Assembly: GCA_963776275.1 (NCBI GenBank)
Contig: CAVZMI010000006.1
Span: 1 to 64,000, forward strand
Source: Ignavibacteriota bacterium
Lineage (GTDB): Bacteria > Bacteroidota > Ignavibacteria > UBA10030 > CAVZMI01
DNA length: 64,000 nt
Direction of reading: 5' to 3'
In this document: positions 10,531-19,895 of the stretch, piece by piece
How the letters are laid out: every line of letters begins with the position of its first letter
Position numbering within the stretch: position 1 is the first letter of the stretch
Position numbers and translations under genes: made by a program
Notes under the pieces: model-generated
Told to the model about the DNA's origin: nothing
The model's input: the letters and a program-made list of their open reading frames with translations, nothing else
The model's database searches: none

Positions 10531-13170
10531 ATGACACTCAAACATTTTCTTACCGGCATCCTAATCGCGTTCATTGTGTCGTTAGTTCCGACACTGATCG
10601 ACGGTCCTTTCAATCAACTTGAACAACAAGCGACAGACCTTAAACTGTTAATCCGTGGACAATCGACAATCGATACCAATATAGTTATTCTCTATCTCGA
10701 CAATAGCGATATAAATGCATTGAAACGCTGGCCGCTTCCACGAAATTATTATGCGTTACTTCTTATGGCGTTACACGATGTGGAGGTAAAAGCCGTTGGT
10801 TTCGATTTTAGTTTTTCCGATCCACAACCGGAATATGCTGAAAACGATTCTCTTCTCGTGCGAATGACCCGCACCATGGAGAATATCGTCCAGAGTGTAT
10901 ATTTCGACCGTCTTACGGGGACTGCCGCCGACACGTTGGCACCGCAAACTATTCCTGCTCGATTCGTTTATAAAATTCCCGAACAGCATTCATTCAGATC
11001 GGGAGGCCGGATAACATTACCATTCCCGGCATTACTGAATGCCAGCATGAGTATCGGTCATGCTAATCTCGCCGATGAAGCTGTAGTTCGAAATTTCCCG
11101 TTGTTCATTGAATACAACGGACAGCTTGTTCCTGCTCTTTCATTCGAGCTTGCCCGGTTATTTCTCGAGGGTACCCGATCGTCGGTTGTCGTTGCCGGCT
11201 CGTCAGCACTCATCAAATATCCTGGTGACATGAAACGTATTCCAATTCTCGATCAGGGATATGTTCGCCTTAACTATTCCGGAGGTACATCATCCCTCCA
11301 TACAATTCACTTTGTCGATTTCCTCCAGGCATACGGTGAACGAAGTTCCCAGCCCCAACCTGCACTTCTGACATCATTGAAGGGGAAGATTATTCTTATA
11401 GGTGTAATAGCAGAGGGGCGAAGCTCTTTTGTTGCAACACCCTATGCAGCAAAATTCCCTGCAGTCGGCGTTCATGCGACAGCGATACATAATATTCTTC
11501 ACTCGAATTTTCTTGTCAGTCCTGCATGGTGGGTATGCCTGGCAATCTCGTTTTTACTTGGTCTGGCTGCTTTTGTGATGATTTTTCGTTTCCGGGAATT
11601 TCGAGGATTATTACTAACCATCGGACTCTTTGCATTGTATTGCCTCCTTGATGTTCTTATATTAATTATCATCGATCTTTCACTTCCGCTTGCGATTCCC
11701 GGTATTGTCGTTCTACTTGTCAGTTTCCTTACCGTTGTGTACGAACGAAACATCATGAAAGAGACCGTCACCGAACTTGCCCGTGAAAAAGATGAAATTA
11801 CCCGGCAACTTCGGTTGAAAGAATCTCGAGTACAGGAGCTTGAAAAAAGACTTACACTTTCGTCACAACAGAACACCCCAGCAGTAAGTCTGGTCGAAGA
11901 GCTCGAACGGCAAAAACGGGCCCTTGAAGAATTAAGTTCGCGTGCAGCCGATTTACAGGTATACCAGCCCGAAGAATCTGGAGACGATGGAACACCCGAA
12001 GCATTTTGCGGCATCATTTACTCTCCAACAGGCAAGATGGCACCGTTGATCGCAATGGTAAGAAAAATTGCCTCCGGAGACGCCAATGTGATGATTTCAG
12101 GTGAGAGCGGGACCGGAAAGGAACTGATCGCCCGGGCCATTCATAGCGAAAGCCCGAGAAGAGAAAAACCGTTTATTGCAGTCAATTGCGGCGCTCTCTC
12201 CGAAAGCCTGCTTGAAAGCGAACTGTTTGGCCATGAACGAGGCGCTTTTACGGGAGCAGTAAAGGAACGGACTGGAAGATTCGAATTGGCGAACGGCGGC
12301 ACGATCTTCCTTGACGAAATTGCCGATACGAGCGAGGCGTTCCAGGTCAAACTCCTTCGTGTTGTTCAGGAGGGAGAATTCGAGCGGGTCGGGGGAATAA
12401 AAACGCTCAAGGTCGATGTACGCATCATCGCCGCAACTAATAAAAATCTCAAACAGGAAATCATGGCAAAGCGATTCAGGGAAGATCTGTATTACAGATT
12501 GAATGTGATATCGCTCCACCTCCCCCCACTTCATGAGAGAAAAAGCGACATTCCACATCTGGCGGCACATTTTCTCAACCGCGAAAATACTTCGGTACAA
12601 TTCTCGGCAAATGCGATGAATGCTCTCGTGAACTATGAGTGGAGAGGAAATATCCGAGAGCTCGAAAGTATCGTGAAACGAGCCGTAATACTGGCACAAT
12701 CGGAAGACCGGACACTTGTCCGTACCAAAGATCTCCCGCCCGAAATCATAGCGCAATTTTCGGATACGCGTAACATCGAGGAGAAAATTATTACATCACT
12801 CCGCGAAAAGAAATTTTCACGAAGTGCAATAACTGATACCGCCTCGGAACTCGGCGGTTTTAACCGCGGTACGATCGCCGAATATTTCCGCGGTTATTGT
12901 TTCAAGATATTGAACGAACAGGATTGGGATATCGAAAAAACGAGCCTTGCCATTGCCGGGACAATAGATGATCAGCTTCTCGATAAAGTCAGGAAAAAAC
13001 TTGATGAATACATGACAAATATCCGATCCTCCGTCGACAGACAACAAACATTCGATGAAAACATGCAGTTACTGAAACCGAAATATAAAAATCTCCCACT
13101 GCGATATCACAAGTATCTGGACGAACTCATTAAAGCACTTTGTGAAGGCCGCGTTAAAGACTCTCAATGA
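10531..13170 (+). CDS. Membrane-anchored CHASE2-domain sigma54-dependent activator (bEBP)
   Basis: N-terminal TM; CHASE2 (RWPLPR..YA, AVGFD, GKIILIG, GVHATAIHNIL); 3 TMs; coiled coil; AAA+ with GESGTGKE, GAFTGA, FLDEI, FREDLYYRL, WRGNIRELE. Confidence 0.92.
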   Translation: MTLKHFLTGILIAFIVSLVPTLIDGPFNQLEQQATDLKLLIRGQSTIDTNIVILYLDNSDINALKRWPLPRNYYALLLMALHDVEVKAVGFDFSFSDPQPEYAENDSLLVRMTRTMENIVQSVYFDRLTGTAADTLAPQTIPARFVYKIPEQHSFRSGGRITLPFPALLNASMSIGHANLADEAVVRNFPLFIEYNGQLVPALSFELARLFLEGTRSSVVVAGSSALIKYPGDMKRIPILDQGYVRLNYSGGTSSLHTIHFVDFLQAYGERSSQPQPALLTSLKGKIILIGVIAEGRSSFVATPYAAKFPAVGVHATAIHNILHSNFLVSPAWWVCLAISFLLGLAAFVMIFRFREFRGLLLTIGLFALYCLLDVLILIIIDLSLPLAIPGIVVLLVSFLTVVYERNIMKETVTELAREKDEITRQLRLKESRVQELEKRLTLSSQQNTPAVSLVEELERQKRALEELSSRAADLQVYQPEESGDDGTPEAFCGIIYSPTGKMAPLIAMVRKIASGDANVMISGESGTGKELIARAIHSESPRREKPFIAVNCGALSESLLESELFGHERGAFTGAVKERTGRFELANGGTIFLDEIADTSEAFQVKLLRVVQEGEFERVGGIKTLKVDVRIIAATNKNLKQEIMAKRFREDLYYRLNVISLHLPPLHERKSDIPHLAAHFLNRENTSVQFSANAMNALVNYEWRGNIRELESIVKRAVILAQSEDRTLVRTKDLPPEIIAQFSDTRNIEEKIITSLREKKFSRSAITDTASELGGFNRGTIAEYFRGYCFKILNEQDWDIEKTSLAIAGTIDDQLLDKVRKKLDEYMTNIRSSVDRQQTFDENMQLLKPKYKNLPLRYHKYLDELIKALCEGRVKDSQ

Positions 13171-13353
13171 TCTCTATTGCACTGCCTGGTAGACTTCTCT
13201 ACTGCGGGATTCTATTATTCCCGCGTTTCATATAGGGAATTCCATCATATCCATCTTGATTGCGATGATTGATTTCATTCATCATCCCTTTTATAACATC
13301 TTCATTTATATATAGTTACAATTTTTTCTTTAACAGCCCTTAAAAAATATCGA

Positions 13354-13369
13354 TGGCATGACGTTTGCA
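13354..13369 (+). promoter_or_regulatory. Sigma54 -24/-12 promoter
   Basis: TGGCATG-ACGT-TTGCA against consensus TGGCACG-N4-TTGCW, exact GG-N10-GC spacing, ~180 bp downstream of a bEBP gene. Confidence 0.8.
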
Positions 13370-13394
13370 CTTCCTATCATTAAGGTATTATATA

Positions 13395-13476
13395 CCTTGG
13401 GCATGCGTTCATCATCTTGACCGATCAACTTCCTGCAGAGGAGACAGGCAAGAGATGAACGTACGCTTTTCAAAGG
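13395..13476 (+). ncRNA. Candidate structured RNA downstream of the sigma54 promoter
   Basis: GCGTTCATC-A-TCTTG (13405-13419) pairs with CAAGA-GATGAACGT (13449-13462); inner CCTG/CAGG stem with a GAGGAGA-containing loop. Confidence 0.45.
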
Positions 13477-13623
13477 ATCAGACCGGAATTGATGATAAAA
13501 AACAATGTTAACCTGTTTGTTTTAAGGGAAAATTGCTTTTTTTGTCATTTCTTTCTTCAACCGTTCATTTTTTTGTGTTGAGGAAAAGGTAGATTCTGTG
13601 CGGTTTTTTTTCTATATTCGTTT

Positions 13624-14526
13624 ATGTTTTCCCGATACCGCACATATTTTATACTACTATCTCTGACCCTTTCTGTTCTTTGGCATAGCTGCAAAGATCC
13701 GTTACCGATTGTCTTCACGGCGGATGTAATCAACATTATTGGGCCGCTCACCGATATATCGACTCCACTCAAGGACCCGGTGGCTTTGACGACCGTCGAT
13801 TCGAGCGGGTGGGAAATCATCTCGAACGACACTTCATATAACGCGATTGCACTCCTGAGTACGATCCAGTACGACTCGGCAACAACACACCATCAGGTCG
13901 TTCTCTCGAAAGTACTGGTTCAGGATAGGTCTCAGCCGGTGTACAACAGCAGTCAGACTCAACTTGTTGGGTACAAAGGACTCCAACTCTCGCAGGTAAA
14001 AGGAGACGATGTACCAATGCACATCGAGAAAAGACGGGTTCCTATTGGCCTCGGAGACACTGCGCTCGGTTATCAATATTCAGCAGTGAATATCGATAAT
14101 GAGGGACCGGACAATTCTCTTCACTATCGGGAAGGGGAGATTTTCAATTGGACCGTTCAACTCCAGAACGCGAATCCAGTGAATATCGGTGGTATACCGC
14201 CCGGTTTGATCAGGCTGATCCAGCCATCGCCTGATTCGGTGGAAATTCTCGATGTGAATAAGGAATGTACAATCCAGTGGCTTGGTTCGAACGAATCAGT
14301 CGATCTCGTGATTAGCGATTACTACAACGGAAGTGTCAAGCCGTTAAAACATATCAATTTTCAGCATATCCAATCGAACACGGCAAAAATTGATATCCAT
14401 GAAATCCCTGTGGGCCAGTGTCTTTTTACATTTTCAACGACGACAGAGGTGACGTCAAATATCAACGGAATTCCGATACTATTGAGATTTGCATCGATCC
14501 ACAATGTGGTGGTACGAATGAAATGA
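13624..14526 (+). CDS. Hypothetical beta-rich lipoprotein
   Basis: Hydrophobic signal ending LWHSC; stop overlaps the next ATG. Confidence 0.75.
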   Translation: MFSRYRTYFILLSLTLSVLWHSCKDPLPIVFTADVINIIGPLTDISTPLKDPVALTTVDSSGWEIISNDTSYNAIALLSTIQYDSATTHHQVVLSKVLVQDRSQPVYNSSQTQLVGYKGLQLSQVKGDDVPMHIEKRRVPIGLGDTALGYQYSAVNIDNEGPDNSLHYREGEIFNWTVQLQNANPVNIGGIPPGLIRLIQPSPDSVEILDVNKECTIQWLGSNESVDLVISDYYNGSVKPLKHINFQHIQSNTAKIDIHEIPVGQCLFTFSTTTEVTSNINGIPILLRFASIHNVVVRMK

Positions 14527-16619
14527 TCCTCACCCGCAAACATACCATCATATGCTGGTTGGTTATTCTCCTGATCATCGCGGGGACAATGGGGGAGTCG
14601 ACAGCGCAGCAGGTAAGTTCCGCTCGCGGATTATCGCTCGGTGCAAAGACAGCCGATATCAATGACCTGCAATCGCTCGATTGGAATCCGGCAGGGCTGT
14701 CTCAGATTATCGATTGGGAAGTAACTTCAACAAATTTCGGGAACATCACGACACCGGACAATCGAGCCTCATTTTCTGGTATTTATTTCCAGAATTTCGG
14801 AATTGCGAAGAGGTTTCTCAATACACATTCATTCGGAATACGATATTCCCCGGGAACGATTTTTGAGGCAACAATTCCCAGTACTTATACATATTATCAG
14901 ACAACGAATCAGGGAAAAGACAGTATCGCAGTCTCGTACCCGTACAATAAAAAGGTGCATTACGCTGAACGGTATTCGATAGGGTACAGTTATCTGCTTA
15001 AAGGAAATTTTTCGTTAGGAATTGCTGCACGGCTTCTGGAGCAGCGGATCGACGACGCTATCATCAAGGAAGAATATATTCCCGGTACGCAAACAAAGAA
15101 TCCCAAAGAACAGCCGTTGGAATACACAAAGAATTCATGGAATGTCGATATCGGCGCTCAATGGCAGGTATCCCCCAGTTTCTGGATCGGAGCCGTCGGA
15201 AAAAATGTTTCGTCGTTTGATGTCGGGGAATCATCGACACAGCAAAAGGAAAAAATCAATCAGATTCTTTTCAATGTGCCCCACTTTATTCGTTTCGGCA
15301 TCGGATATTACCCGAGACGGAATATTGAGGTGGGAATCGACGCTGATACCCGTGGGGCATTTTCATGCGGGTATGAATGGAATATCGCAGGCGGACTAAT
15401 CGTGAGACAGGGTCTGGCTCTTTCCTCGGATGAAGGGGCAGGGATGAGTAGTACATCGATCGGTGTTGGATATTCCTTCAGTTCAGTAACGCTGGACATA
15501 GGCTATTTACATTACTTTCAACAATTGCTGAGAAACGGAAAAGCCCTCGCCAGCGAATTTATACGATCAGGGATATCGAATATCGAGTATAACCGATTCA
15601 CACCCGACCGGCTGGCGATTTCGTTGCACGTGAGTCTGGGACAGCTCAGAGTCTCGGCAGCGAAAATCGAATATGTCGATATGAAAACGACGGAAGTGTA
15701 CCCATCGACATCGATGTCATATGCCGGCAAACCGTTGGGAAAAGCAAGAATACGGAACGTTACAGACAGGCCGATCGCTGCACGGGTAGGATTCTTTATC
15801 AACAGGTATATGGATACTCCAACACAATCGGAATCCTATACAATCCCACCACAATCGGTGGCAGAAATTCCGTTTTCGGCCATATTTAATCCGGTGATCA
15901 AAAATGTGGCCTCGATGGAGTTGTGCGAAGGGAGTGTAACGGTCTGCTCCTCGAATAGTGACGAGAACGACGATCAGGCCCCAGTACGTATGATTGTGTA
16001 TGGAAAGAATGATTGGGACGGGAAAGTACAAACACTCGCCTCATTCGTGACTCCACGGGATCCTGACGTGATGTTCTTTACACGGAGCGTTCTGAATGCA
16101 CACAAGGATTCATTACGAGCGGTTCCAAAACAACTCGAGCGGTTTGAAAAGGCACGGCTGCTTTTCAACGAGTTTTCAAAGCGAATGATGTATGTGAACG
16201 ATCCGCTTCAGAGTAAGGACAATGTCCAATATCCCAACGAGACGTTCGCACTCAAAGGCGGCGATTGTGATGATATGACTGTGGGATTCAGCTCGATGCT
16301 TGAGAGCGTTGGTATTTCCACGGCGTTTGTGGATGTTGTGCCCCCGGATAATCCGGGGAACTCTCATGTGTATTTGTTGTTCGATACCGGACTCGAACCT
16401 GAATATGGCAGACTCCTTACCGAAAATGAAAAACGATATATTATTCGCGTCAACAATAAAGGGAGTGAAACCGTGTGGATTCCGGTTGAAACAACAATGC
16501 TGATAAGCGGTTTTGAGATGGCATGGGAAAAAGCAGCGGAAGAGTTCCTGGAAGAGGCTCGTGTGAAAGATGGACTGGCAAAAGGCTGGGTACAGATTGT
16601 TAATGTTACATCTCAATAG
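14523..16619 (+). CDS. PorV/PorQ-like outer-membrane barrel fused to an Ig-like and a transglutaminase-like domain
   Basis: Signal peptide; SARGLSLG..D..SLDWNPAGL; amphipathic strands; C-terminal QYPNET..GGDCDD..HVYLLFD (Cys-His-Asp)..WIPVETT. Confidence 0.75.
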   Translation: MILTRKHTIICWLVILLIIAGTMGESTAQQVSSARGLSLGAKTADINDLQSLDWNPAGLSQIIDWEVTSTNFGNITTPDNRASFSGIYFQNFGIAKRFLNTHSFGIRYSPGTIFEATIPSTYTYYQTTNQGKDSIAVSYPYNKKVHYAERYSIGYSYLLKGNFSLGIAARLLEQRIDDAIIKEEYIPGTQTKNPKEQPLEYTKNSWNVDIGAQWQVSPSFWIGAVGKNVSSFDVGESSTQQKEKINQILFNVPHFIRFGIGYYPRRNIEVGIDADTRGAFSCGYEWNIAGGLIVRQGLALSSDEGAGMSSTSIGVGYSFSSVTLDIGYLHYFQQLLRNGKALASEFIRSGISNIEYNRFTPDRLAISLHVSLGQLRVSAAKIEYVDMKTTEVYPSTSMSYAGKPLGKARIRNVTDRPIAARVGFFINRYMDTPTQSESYTIPPQSVAEIPFSAIFNPVIKNVASMELCEGSVTVCSSNSDENDDQAPVRMIVYGKNDWDGKVQTLASFVTPRDPDVMFFTRSVLNAHKDSLRAVPKQLERFEKARLLFNEFSKRMMYVNDPLQSKDNVQYPNETFALKGGDCDDMTVGFSSMLESVGISTAFVDVVPPDNPGNSHVYLLFDTGLEPEYGRLLTENEKRYIIRVNNKGSETVWIPVETTMLISGFEMAWEKAAEEFLEEARVKDGLAKGWVQIVNVTSQ

Positions 16620-16675
16620 GATATTGATTCATTCAAAGAATTCTTTTATATTAGATTGATAGAAGGAGGTTGGGT

Positions 16676-17380
16676 ATGAGACGCATTTTTACTATTCTTG
16701 TCCTTATTACATTTGTCACCCTGACGCTTCAGGCTGAGGATTTTATTGTAAAAAGCCTGAAAGGAAAGGCAAAAGTCCGTCATGGTGTACTAGAGACTTG
16801 GACTACAGCCAGCGTTGGTGACACATTGAAACCAGAAGATACGATTCTTACGGAACGCGGTTCGACTCTGGTCATTATAAAACCGGCCGGTATCCGTTAT
16901 TCGATTCCCGAAGCGTCGATGCTCGATATCACCGATCTTCGCAGTCTGACACAGGACGAGCTTCTCCTCAGGCTTGCGATGGAAAACATTAAAAGCGTTC
17001 CTGTCCAGCAGCGCTCAAATGATATCATGGTGCCTAACACGACAATCGTTCACGGCGATGACATCTCTAAAGACGCCGAAGCGTTGAAGCTCCCGCGCAC
17101 CGAAGTAGGTTCACTTCAAATGCACGGAGTCGAGGTATTGTATGACAATTCTTTCTATGCGAGCGGCATACTGAAATCGAAAGCTCTCATGCGGCTCTTC
17201 CCCGAAGCGCGGGATGAGTTTACATTCCGTTTCCAGCTTGCAAAAGCTTTCGAGCAGGTTAATCTCTATGACGAAGCATTGACAGAATACGTTTCTCTAT
17301 CCCAGCAACATTTTTCTAAAGAACAGAAAATAAAACTCGATAAAATGATTCAGCAATTAAAGAGCCGCAAGGAACAATAA
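16676..17380 (+). CDS. Secreted FecR-like domain protein with C-terminal TPR
   Basis: AGGAGG RBS; signal peptide; VKSLKGKAKV..W..ASVGDTL..EDTILT..GS FecR-like pattern; FQLAKAFEQVNLYDEALTEY TPR. Confidence 0.7.
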   Translation: MRRIFTILVLITFVTLTLQAEDFIVKSLKGKAKVRHGVLETWTTASVGDTLKPEDTILTERGSTLVIIKPAGIRYSIPEASMLDITDLRSLTQDELLLRLAMENIKSVPVQQRSNDIMVPNTTIVHGDDISKDAEALKLPRTEVGSLQMHGVEVLYDNSFYASGILKSKALMRLFPEARDEFTFRFQLAKAFEQVNLYDEALTEYVSLSQQHFSKEQKIKLDKMIQQLKSRKEQ

Positions 17381-17397
17381 AATTTTTATCATAGATT

Positions 17398-17431
17398 AAA
17401 AAAAAGCCCTGAGATGACTCAGGGCTTTTTT
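17398..17431. terminator. Bidirectional intrinsic terminator
   Basis: A-run-GCCCTGAG-ATGA-CTCAGGGC-T-run between convergent genes. Confidence 0.9.
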
Positions 17432-17464
17432 ATTATATTGACTAAAATTATAAACAGGAAATCG

Positions 17465-18097
17465 TTATCGCAGCATCACCATCTTCTTCACAGAGTTCCA
17501 TTTCGGCGTCGAGATTCGATAGAAATAAACGCCCGAAGAAACCATAGTACCGATCTCATTTCTGCCGTCCCAGGTTAATTCATTGTATCCAGCAGGGTAT
17601 TCGTCGTCCGTGAGTATCCGTACTTCGCGGCCAAGTGCATCGTAAATAATTAACTTGACCTTCGATGCCACCGGTAACTCGAATGCGATCTTTGTCGTTG
17701 GGTTGAACGGATTCGGGAAATTATCGTATAAATGGAATTCCTTCGGCGGACTGATTGTGAATGCTATTTCCTTCGTCCATGACTGTCCATCAGATGTTTT
17801 TATCAATGCTTTGATTTTTTGCTCTTTACCGATTGGTGAAGACCGTTCAACTGAAAACAAAAACTCAGCATCTTTTGATTGCTTTGATAGGATATCTTTC
17901 AGCATGATTCTAGATGATTCTAATTTCAGCCATGATGAGGGATTCTGGATCTCGACGGTAACATTTTTTGCGGTAACTGCTGCCGTGTTTTCAACGGTCA
18001 GTGCGAGCGAGTTGCCTTTCGAGTTGTAAGGGATTTTGTATCCTTGAGCCAGTAGAATTAACGGCATCAATATTGATGTAATGGATATCGTTTTCAT
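17465..18097 (-). CDS. Small T9SS type A sorting-domain protein (Ig-like + FlgD-like CTD)
   Basis: Signal peptide; LYDNFPNPFNPTT..IYDALGREV..WDGRN..SSGVYFYRI..KKMVMLR. Confidence 0.9.
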   Translation of the reverse strand: MKTISITSILMPLILLAQGYKIPYNSKGNSLALTVENTAAVTAKNVTVEIQNPSSWLKLESSRIMLKDILSKQSKDAEFLFSVERSSPIGKEQKIKALIKTSDGQSWTKEIAFTISPPKEFHLYDNFPNPFNPTTKIAFELPVASKVKLIIYDALGREVRILTDDEYPAGYNELTWDGRNEIGTMVSSGVYFYRISTPKWNSVKKMVMLR

Positions 18098-18122
18098 AAA
18101 GCCCTTTCACAATTTAAAAGAT

Positions 18123-18210
18123 AACCACAAAGGTCGCAGAGTTATAAATGAGTACACGGAGTATCGAACTCTGTGACCTCATCTCTCACCTCTGTGTACT
18201 CTGTGGTTAT
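18123..18210. repeat. AACCAC(A/G)GAG...CTCTGTGGTT-type palindromic intergenic repeat
   Basis: AACCACAAAGGTCGCAGAGTT pairs with AACTCTGTGACCTC..CTCTGTGGTT; related copy at 62341-62460. Confidence 0.7.
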
Positions 18211-18280
18211 ATTTTTCCCTACGGTTAAAAGACAAACTCCACCACATTATTCGTCGATAAGTTCTGTGCCTTTTACTGTT

Positions 18281-19879
18281 CTACCTGTCGCTTGTTTTGC
18301 AGCAGTTCTTGCTCCAGGCCGGTTCCATCTTTGGCAGTGGCTTTCCAATTGGCTCAGAGAGTTTTTCCAGTATATAGCCCGCGCGGTAATATAACGACAC
18401 ATATCCTGCCGGTTTCATGTACAGCCTTTCGTTAAAGCGTTTCTTCGTCAGCTCATAGGTCAATCGTACCGTCTGTTGGAAAAGCATCAAATGTAATGCC
18501 GTCCCGGCCGAGTCTTTCCGCTGTAACCGTTTCTGAGCTCCTTCAACCATCATCTCAAGACCGCGTATCAGTATTTCTGTCCCAAGCAGGCCGCTGCCGG
18601 CATCCGTACGAATTTGGACTTTCAGAGCCGCAAGTTGATCTGAGATTGATACCTCAGACCGCGTCGGTAACGTTATGACCAGTTCTATAATAGATTGTGC
18701 ATAGGGATAAAGATATTGATATCCGTCTGGTGTTACGAAGCGTTTATCATTTTTCTTTGGCTTGGCAAGGTATTCGGCTTTTATCTGTTTTTGAAATGCT
18801 TCTAATTCTTGGGCACAGGCGATAGAATCGCCAGAGATAAGGTCTTTCTTTAAATTTTGAAGGTTGCGGTCGAGTTCCTGCATGAATTTTTTATCGCCAA
18901 GCCAGCCGTTTGTGAAAGCCTGTTGTAAGCGGGTGCGGAGCGTATCGAGCATATCCAATGCTGATAGGGGATTTGGCAGATGATCCAACAGATATTCAGT
19001 ATTGAATCTCAATAATGCGTATGCTTCGCTTGTCAGCGTGGATGAGCTGTCCTGATTGACAGATGTCAACACGGAATTGAGTGTCGCTCTGGCAGCACCA
19101 ATATTATTTGCCCGGAGTAGTGCTTTAGCTGATATAAAGAACGCCAGATATTTATCGGCTGTTGGTTGTGTTGTTATCCAGCCGAGGTCGTGGGAACGGG
19201 TGGTGTAGCTGGTGAGAGTGTCGAGCCAAATGGTCGGTATAAAATACAAATACATTGGAGGAGCTGTTGGGCCGACAGTCCAGCCGTGGAATTTGACAGC
19301 TTCCTTAATTGAATCCTCTTGCGCAGCAGTCAGAGTACTTGTTGTATCACCTTCTTCCGGGAAAAATCGTTCAAGCCAAAAATAGGGATCCGCATGAAAT
19401 GACCTGATGCCTGGAAGTGCTTTGCTCATCATAATAAAATTAGATAAGTGTTCTCCCGGTACAGGTTCAAGAGTATCAGTATTGAAGCTGGCACAAGGAC
19501 CGCCCATACCTAAAATCGCAGTCCAGTCCATACTTGGCAGAGTCGGAAATCCGACAGGGATTAGTTCATTGGCCGTCAGCGAGTACCAACGACGAAATTC
19601 TTTTTCTATATATTTTGACCTAAACTTCAGATCAAGAGTATCATAAACAATTGAATTTGAATTTCTTGAAATATCTATTTCAAACGTAGAAATATTCCCT
19701 CTATTTGAAGAATCATTAATCAATGTATAATTATAATAATACATCTGCCCTTGAACACTTTTTGTTACGACACAATTCAATACAACTTTGTAAAGAAAAG
19801 GGTAATCAGTGCTTAAATTCTGAGCCTTCAATTGGATGGAAGCTAATAAAAATATTATTAAGTAAATACGATTTCCCAT
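18281..19879 (-). CDS. Secreted protein: N-terminal beta domain + three helical (FIMAH-like) repeats
   Basis: GGAGG RBS; signal peptide (LKA-Q); repeats LDTL..GW(I/L)....A/GY..L; probable frameshift in the last ~12 codons. Confidence 0.7.
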   Translation of the reverse strand: MGNRIYLIIFLLASIQLKAQNLSTDYPFLYKVVLNCVVTKSVQGQMYYYNYTLINDSSNRGNISTFEIDISRNSNSIVYDTLDLKFRSKYIEKEFRRWYSLTANELIPVGFPTLPSMDWTAILGMGGPCASFNTDTLEPVPGEHLSNFIMMSKALPGIRSFHADPYFWLERFFPEEGDTTSTLTAAQEDSIKEAVKFHGWTVGPTAPPMYLYFIPTIWLDTLTSYTTRSHDLGWITTQPTADKYLAFFISAKALLRANNIGAARATLNSVLTSVNQDSSSTLTSEAYALLRFNTEYLLDHLPNPLSALDMLDTLRTRLQQAFTNGWLGDKKFMQELDRNLQNLKKDLISGDSIACAQELEAFQKQIKAEYLAKPKKNDKRFVTPDGYQYLYPYAQSIIELVITLPTRSEVSISDQLAALKVQIRTDAGSGLLGTEILIRGLEMMVEGAQKRLQRKDSAGTALHLMLFQQTVRLTYELTKKRFNERLYMKPAGYVSLYYRAGYILEKLSEPIGKPLPKMEPAWSKNCCKTSDR

Positions 19880-19895
19880 GTTATTAAACCTCCGT

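Noticed and set aside
13395-13476. SRP, 6S or known riboswitch identity for the hairpin
   Set aside because: Lacks the SRP helix-8 GGAA motif, too short for 6S, and no known aptamer consensus recognised. Kept only as an unknown RNA candidate.
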